64,000 bases of DNA. Source: Octopus vulgaris. Taxonomy: Eukaryota. Positions 56,562 to 64,000 of this stretch are shown piece by piece. Under the pieces are notes generated by a model, which worked only from the letters and a program-made list of their open reading frames with translations, ran no database searches and had not been told where the DNA came from. Within the stretch, counting starts at the first letter, position 1. Each line of letters starts with the position of its first letter. The stretch covers positions 6,262,001-6,326,000 of the forward strand of contig OX597826.1 in the NCBI GenBank assembly GCA_951406725.2, written 5' to 3'. The position numbers and the translations under genes are program-made.

Positions 56562-57260
56562 TGAGGAGAGTTTACAAAAAACAAAAAAGACGAAGACAGG
56601 TGGTGTACAAAACAAACAGATGTATTAGCATAACGATCAGGAATATAAAATGTCTTTTACGTTTCGAGCCTACGCTTTTCTACAGAAAGGGACACAGAAA
56701 TAAATGAGGAGAGAAACAGGGAGAGTAAAAAAATTGTATGTAGTGGCTAACGATCTGTCATGGCGATAATCAATATATATATTATATATATATATAATGA
56801 AATATAGTATGGGAACAGGAGGAAAACTAAAGTGGTGCTACGTAAAAAGTGGATAAGGAATATAAATACAATGAATAAAGAATAATCCGGAAAACGGGGG
56901 GAATTTAACGTGAAGTTCTCGTATATATAAGTAGAAAGGAAGAATAGAGAAGACCACTGGAATTCTGAGTCAATCAATATATTAATTTCTCAAGTTATTC
57001 TTTTTAAGAGAATGATTCACTTCTCTTGTTCAAAATATTACACTCTGACGTAAGGGGAATATTGACTGCTTCATGCATTTCGTATTGCTACTTTGTGCTC
57101 CCATATAAGAAAGTTATTAAGTCCATCCTTCCAACTTCAATAATTGCCTTCAAATTCAATAATCATCTCCCTAGCTTCTAATATTTATATCAATTTCGTT
57201 CCTAGATAAGAGAGCGGTTTTCATCCAAAATACCTTATTTTGTAAATATTAGTATAAAGT
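56562..57260 (-). mobile_element. Penelope-like element 3' remnant (possibly Naiad-like)
   Basis: Minus-strand YEMHEAVNIPLTSECNILNKRSE (~57016-57085) resembles the LLNKRSE end of PLE GIY-YIG domains; HHR-bearing pLTR downstream. Confidence 0.5.
56654..56689 (-). ncRNA. Minimal hammerhead-like motif, A6U core
   Basis: CUUU-CUGUAGA-A-AAGC(GUAG)GCUC-GAAA-CG-UA-AAAG. Confidence 0.55.
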
Positions 57261-57405
57261 TTCGCTAGTGGTTAGAAATATCTATATAGATGAATTTATT
57301 GTTTTTTTTTAATTCTTAACAGCAGTAACCCATTCTAAATCCCTAAGGGAATTTGACTATAGATTCAATATAATTATTTGATTATGTATAGGTAAATATC
57401 TCTCT

Positions 57406-57683
57406 GTGGAGGCACATGGCCGAGTGGTTAGAGAAGCGAAATCGCGGTCGAGGGATCGAGGCTTCGAATCTCAGACCGGACGGTGTTTGCATTTATGAGC
57501 GAAACACCTAAGCTCCTCGCGGCTCCGGCAGAAGGTAATAGCGAAACTTCTGCTGACACATCGCCACAGCTTTCTCTCGCTCTTTTCTACTGCATCTTGC
57601 AGCTCATCTGCGATGGACCGGCGTCCCGTTCAGGTGGGAAACCGGCCCTTGTGAGCCAGGCATGGCTCGAGAAGGAACAAACA
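57406..57683 (+). mobile_element. SINE family B-related copy with 12-bp TSD
   Basis: A box 'tggccgagtggtt', B box 'ggcttcgaatctc'; 'aaatatctctct' at 57394-57405 and 57684-57695. Confidence 0.85.
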
Positions 57684-58379
57684 AAATATCTCTCTATACT
57701 TTATGTACTTTCTCTCATTAAGTTAGACCCACATTGAGGGACTGGTTATAAAGTTCAACTTCTGATATTTCTAGTAAATTTGGGATGATACAACAAGAAG
57801 AAAGATAAAAGCCGTAAATTCTAATCTCGACGCATTTCGACCTTCAACCCACATCTTACGGGCGTCGAGAGGAAATGTGAAGCATCGTTAAGAACATCGA
57901 ATTCCAGGAATGTAATCTGTGAAGAAATGCGCATTTAAGAAAACTGTACTTCTTATCTATGGAACTTAGGAAGAAAGTGGGAATTATTTTATTTGTTGAC
58001 ATGACTGGAATTATCTGCAATTTGGATTATAATACTTATAAGAACCGTTTCAACAAGGAAATACTGAGAGACTTGAGGATGACCTCTAAGAATACCTTAT
58101 TTAGTATTAATAAAATTGGGAAGAATAGTAAGTAAACTCGATTTGAAAACACAGAGCAGAATCTAATACCCTCAGTGAACTCAGAAATATACCCAGGTAT
58201 CTTTGTAGCATAGAAGGGACATAACTAGTCCAAATACATAAACTTTGCCATGTAGAAAAGTCTACGTGTCAAGATAATTTTCATATAAAAAACTCCCTAA
58301 ATCATCGCAGCATCACGTTCATATTTCCGCGTATGTTACGTTTCTCAGTTAACGGTGGATTTCACATATATGAAGTTGT

Positions 58380-58600
58380 CTTTACTCTTTTACTCTTTTA
58401 CTTGTTTCATTCATTTGACTGTGGCCATGATGGAGCACCTCCTATAGCCGAGCAAATCGACCCCACAACTTATTGTTTGTTAGCCTAGTAAATTTTTCTA
58501 TCGGTCTCTTTTGCAGAACTGCTAATTAACGGGGACGTAAACACACCAGCGTCGGTTGTCAAGCGCTGTTGAGGGGACAAACACAGACACACACACATAC
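58380..58600 (-). mobile_element. SINE family D 3' module with (TTTTACTC)n tail
   Basis: 'tttactcttttactcttttacttgtttc...ggggacgtaaacacaccagc'. Confidence 0.8.
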
Positions 58601-59892
58601 ACACACACACACACATCTCAATTTATTTCTCTGTGTTTAGTATCACTTTCCATCTCAATTTATTACTCTTTGTTTAGTTTCACTTTCCATTCGCATTTAT
58701 ATATTCCTATAGATTTACTTTTCCAAAATACCAAGTTTTATAATGTAATATACAGAGCTGATATAATTACGTTTTCATGAAAATGACACTAATATAAAAT
58801 TTATAATTAAATAATTCTAAATGTGTATTTGTTGGTTATTGTTATTGTTCATAAATCAATATTTCTAATATTGTTCATTTCCATATGTGACTTTTCCTTC
58901 ATGTATATGAGTATAATTCTGGTAATATATAATTTACCAAACTATAATTCGAGACAATCCAATTCAAATTTTCATGACGTAGACTGGTCATCATTACATA
59001 TTGTGCAACTCCTTCCATTTGATGTGAAATGACTACAAATTAATACCTGGTTTATAAAAAACATAGATATGTATATATATATATATATATATATTTGTAT
59101 ATATATATATATATATATATATATGTTTGTGTGTGTATGCATATGCATATGTGTATATATATATATATATATATCCACACAAACAAAGACACAGGTATAT
59201 GATTTTTTTTTACTTCATCAGTTATTTATCGTATCTCCGTATTTTTTCTTTGTGTTCACAATAAAAGCTCTCCTCACAGTATAAACATTCCAATGCCCAC
59301 TGAATGATGTAATAATAGTCACAAACTTCTTACTTGTATTTCTGGCAAGATCTTTTGATATGCTCTTCATCGTTCATATACAAGTCTTTTTTTGTGAAAA
59401 CAGTATAACTGTTCTATATGGCATAACTGTTCTTAAAATGTCGTTAAAGTTAACAGACACCCTTATGAAGCCTGTTACTGGCAATCCAGACATTTATACA
59501 GGCAAAAAGCAGGCGTCAAACAGGATATTTCGTCCTATTAAAATATACTTTAAAATTGATGCTGATGATGTTGTAAAAAAGAAAATGACTAGTATAGTCT
59601 TTAGTATATTAGTAGATGTAGATGACGTAGTTTATGAATTCTAACGCTACTTATTCATTTACGTTCTTTCCACGTGATCAAAGTGCTTTAGTTAGCAAAT
59701 TGTAAACCCGCCCACGGCACATGAATTGTAAAACGTATTACATCAACTTAGGATTTTTTTTGCACCGTGCATTACTGCTTCCTATTTACGTCAAAGTACT
59801 GACACCAAACGCACCTAATGTAACAGTAACGAATAACCAATAACTTTGTTTAGATTACACACTCACACGTACATACACACACACACACATAA

Positions 59893-59929
<37 letters not shown>

Positions 59930-60187
59930 ACAATATAGGATAAGAACGCAAAACATCCGGAGTGTTAGGTGATACAAACATGAGACAAAAAACATCCAGA
60001 TAGACAATACAAAGAAAACAAGGAGGGAAGGTGGGTCATTCGAAGTTTTCTGTCCTCAATCAAGTACCAGATTATCTTCGCAATTACGGTTGAATCATCC
60101 ATCTTGATGTTTTCCTGTCCCGATTTTGTATTTTATATATATATATACACATAGATAGCGGCGTACGTACACTTACCTCTATCTTTT

Positions 60188-60238
<51 letters not shown>

Positions 60239-60266
60239 CTATATCTACTCGTATGCCACCTACACT

Positions 60267-60314
<48 letters not shown>

Positions 60315-60458
60315 TAGATCAATAAATGTGTGGGGTATGTGTTGACCGCACGTGGAGAAATGATAAGCAAGTAGGAAAAATTGTTAAAAATGCAGAATGC
60401 TCGATTGAAAGAAAATTTTAATGTAATGAGAAATTGATAAAATATATAAATATATATT

Positions 60459-60499
60459 TATTCAACCGGTTTTCGTCATTGTATGACTTGTCAAGAATA
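60459..60499 (-). ncRNA. Minimal hammerhead, U3-A8 variant
   Basis: UAUUC-UUGACAA-GUCAU(ACA)AUGAC-GAAA-ACCGGU-U-GAAUA; one nt shorter at the cleavage site than the 47-kb copies. Confidence 0.6.
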
Positions 60500-61026
60500 T
60501 TTATGTTTTAAAAAGTTTTTTTAAAAATTAGAAAGGGAAAAAAAGAAAATTGCATTGTTTTTTGCAAAAGAATAATAGTAAAAATGTACAAGAATTAAAA
60601 AATAAGTTCTCCGATACATTGTGAGTTCGTTGTGTATCTTGAGCTTAATGATTGTTCACGAAAAAATTACCTTGAGGTATTAGGATCCAATGGGATTAAG
60701 AGCATGTGTTGTTTGGTTTAATTGAGGATGTTGGCGAAACAGGAAGTAGTAGTAATTGTGGTTCTTCAGTTCCTGTGTTGTGAATAAGGGGAGACTACTC
60801 TTTTGAGTTCTTCAATAAAGGCTGTTGGTAAAACCCAAATTATAAAATTATCATTTTAGCTTCATTTGCGTTATCTTTTTTATATAATTGCTTGTTAACT
60901 TAACTTTCAGATTTTAACACTTTATTTATATTATTTTCTAATTATATAAATCTGCATAGACAATTGCATTTCAAATTGTCATATCATTTATAATAAAAAT
61001 GATAACAACAATAGTAAAAATGATAT

Positions 61027-61446
61027 TTAAAGAATATAAGTTTTAGCTTGAAGTGATGAATGCATGGTATCCTTGTATATTTGTGTTAGTCCATCCATTA
61101 AGAATGAGGTAGAAAAAGGAAGTTTGATCAACGAGGAGTTTGCATATTCAATAAAGAGATTCTCCTTGTTAATTCTCTCCTGTGTGGTGATCCCGTCTTT
61201 ACATTGGTAGAAGGGGAATATATAGAATTTGGGGTTTAAGTCTTTAGCACATGAGTCTATGTGGTCACTCAGTGGAATTTGTCGGTATTCCGGGAGATTT
61301 ATTTGTTCTTTATGCACCGCTACTCGTTTGCGTAACGGGAGACTCGTTTGTCCAACATAATTATGTTGGCAACCAGCGCATGTGAGAACGTAGATAAGGT
61401 TCTCGGAGGAACAGGAGAAGTTAGTCTTGATTTTAAACTTCATAAC
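61027..61446 (-). pseudogene. PLE GIY-YIG endonuclease domain (truncated ORF)
   Basis: NFSCSSENLIYVLTCAGCQHNYVGQTSLPLRKRVAVH...PLSDH...ERINKENLFI: LIY/YVG, CCHH, conserved R and E. Confidence 0.88.
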
Positions 61447-61539
61447 TTCTTGTACATTTTTACTATTATTCTTTTGCAAAAAACAATGCATTTTTCTTTT
61501 TTCCCCTTTCTAATTTAAAAAAAAAAATTTAAACCTAAA

Positions 61540-61580
61540 TATTCTTGACAAGTCATACAATGACGAAAACCGGTTGAATA
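61540..61580 (+). ncRNA. Minimal hammerhead, U3-A8 variant (mirror copy)
   Basis: tattc-ttgacaa-gtcat(aca)atgac-gaaa-accggt-t-gaata. Confidence 0.6.
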
Positions 61581-61721
61581 AATATATATTTATATATTTT
61601 ATCAATTTCTCATTTCATTAAAATTTTCTTTCGTTTGAGCATCCTGCATTTTTTAAAATTTTTCCTTGCTTATCATTTCTCCACGTGCGGTCAACACAAC
61701 CCCACCATTTATTGATCTGTA

Positions 61722-62164
61722 CCCTCGACACCAGCGCTAGAAGAAATACGACAACCAACTTTGGTTAGAAGACGAAATGTGTTCTTCCACCACTGTATAA
61801 TGCTCGACCATATACAGCGAGGATGATATTCCAAAAGCTAGAGAAGTTTGTATGGGAAATTATGACCCTCCCAACATATTCGCCGCACATAGCTCCATCT
61901 GATTATCATTTAATTCGCAGTCTTTAAATCGTTTTGACGGAAAAATTATGAATTCTGTAGACGAGGTCAGAACAGTACTGTAGGAGTACTTTTCGTCGCG
62001 GACAAATGAGCTTTGGAAGAGGGGCCTTCAAAAACCACCAGATACATGGAAGAGCATTCTAGAAAATGAAGGAATATACATTTTAGACTAAAAAAGAATT
62101 TGTTTATCTTAATTTTGAAAAGTGGAAGGAGTATTAAACCAAAACGCATTATTTGCGGGATGAC

Positions 62165-62170
<6 letters not shown>
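61722..62170 (+). mobile_element. Mariner transposon 3' remnant (decayed transposase plus right TIR)
   Basis: VFFHH/NARPYTA...WEIMTLPTYSPHIAPSDYHL...W..ILENEGIYILD* (HDNARPH and YSPDLAPSD motifs); TIR 'aaacgcattatttgcgggatgacccaata' ends at TA. Confidence 0.85.
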
Positions 62171-62208
<38 letters not shown>

Positions 62209-62597
62209 ATGGGTTAGTTGTCCAAAACCTGCTAGAATCAAATTTTAAAATCTTCTCAGATATTATATTTGAAGTAATCTTAGGTTATGCCCGGCCAGTA
62301 AGTTAACATTCGTTTCGTAACTATAAAGGCATTACCCAATGATAGGTGAACTCTCAGACGCGCTGGCCGGAGGCACATAACCTCTCTAATAAAGGCACAC
62401 AGACACACACACTCACACACAGACACATATCCATACTCACACATAAGCATACACACACATAAACACAGGCAGGCAACTTAGTAATATCCTCCCTTTAGAT
62501 GCATAAATGTATTTCGTCTATATTGTTAAAGTTTCGAAATAACAACCACAGTCGGACGCAGACACACAAGATACACATATATATCTATACACGTCTA

Positions 62598-62638
<41 letters not shown>

Positions 62639-62647
62639 ATATATCTG

Positions 62648-62706
<59 letters not shown>

Positions 62707-62743
62707 ATATATATATATCAATGTATCTGTATCTATCTATCTA

Positions 62744-62793
<50 letters not shown>

Positions 62794-62806
62794 TACATGC
62801 ATACAT

Positions 62807-62854
<48 letters not shown>

Positions 62855-63510
62855 TCAGTAGTGCATTGATTCTTCTCCTTACTCTCTGACAGTCTATACA
62901 TTTATTTATTTGAAATTATAAACAAAGATTGAACGATCATAAGAAATTTCTCGTAGAAAGTTCATGAATAACCGATTCTGCATGCGTCCACTTATGTATG
63001 AATATTAATTTAAGACCACAAAACTGACTAAGACATTTATTCAATACAAATTGAATTTTACAATAATGAATGGCTCATATAAAACCCGAAATTCATGGGG
63101 AAAATTGTGTAAGCTCTTTAGAAGTCGGCCTATAAAATAATTGCTTATCATAATTAAGTAGATATAGAACAGAAAACATCGGCAATCGTAAGGACTAGTA
63201 CAATATTAAAGCGATCGATATTGTCTATGAAGCTTGTTATTGTCTAACTCATTAATATGATGATCAGCAAAAGTAAGCGAGATAGATAGAGACGAAAACT
63301 ATTGGAAAAAGTGGCAGGAAACATGGCGTCAATGATATATATGTAATCGAACAATTTGCAGAGCTTATATATTGCAAGATATATTTAGGTTCGTACGTCA
63401 ATGTATGCTTATCTAACTATGAGTATCTTAATCTGTGGTGCAGATATACATACGTACATACATACACAGACAGACACATACAAACACACACACTCAGGCA
63501 AATGTATATA

Positions 63511-63541
<31 letters not shown>

Positions 63542-63574
63542 GAATATACATAAATATGTTTGTGTGTCTATATA

Positions 63575-63618
<44 letters not shown>

Positions 63619-63625
63619 CACACAT

Positions 63626-63664
<39 letters not shown>

Positions 63665-64000
63665 CATACATATACATACATATACATACATATATATATA
63701 TGTATATGTATATATATATATGTTTACGTGTCACTATTTTTATGTACGTATAAGTATATGTACACATGCATACACACAGCTATATGTATTTTTACGTGTG
63801 TGTGTGTCTTTGTCCAACTACTATCAGACTACTTGACAAACGATGTTGTTGTGTTTACGCCCCCGTAACTTAGCATTTCTTAATGCAATATGTAATGAAA
63901 TATTTTGCAAACCTCATATATTTTAGGAAATATTTTGGTCGTACGTATATGTATGTTTATATCTAACTCTGCGTATCGGTACTGCAAAGATACAAACTTA

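Larger units (their letters stand above)
60316..61718 (-). mobile_element. 5'-truncated Penelope-like retroelement (Neptune-like) with inverted pLTR
   Basis: GIY-YIG ORF; ~275-bp inverted arms 60316-60594 and 61447-61718, each with an HHR; left end abuts (TA)n. Confidence 0.9.

Noticed and set aside
61447-61491. N-terminus MHCFLQKNNSKNVQE of the GIY-YIG ORF
   Set aside because: Comes from the inverted pLTR fused at the truncation point, so it is not a real start

Overview
AT-rich, repeat-saturated eukaryotic intergenic or intronic DNA. The SINE families and microsatellite load resemble an octopus (coleoid cephalopod) genome; this is an inference from recalled repeat similarity. I see no convincing host protein-coding exon, and almost all listed ORFs are microsatellite artefacts. 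Supported content: four tRNA-derived SINE families; a Tx1/L1-clade LINE 3' end inside (GATA)n; two R4/Dong-clade RLE 3' ends, one bounded by (TAA)n on both sides; a decayed RTE-like RT; a mariner remnant and MITE; non-autonomous Helitrons and a HINE; an ~86-bp minisatellite; and several Penelope-like element (PLE) remnants. One PLE is Neptune-like, with a GIY-YIG ORF and an inverted pLTR. The most notable signal is about a dozen minimal type-I hammerhead ribozyme (HHR) motifs in at least four PLE-associated families. Several have non-canonical cores: a compensatory U3-A8 pair in two unrelated families and an A6U core in a third. Many sit in fold-back structures that place one hammerhead on each strand. 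Coordinates were read by eye and may be off by a few bases.
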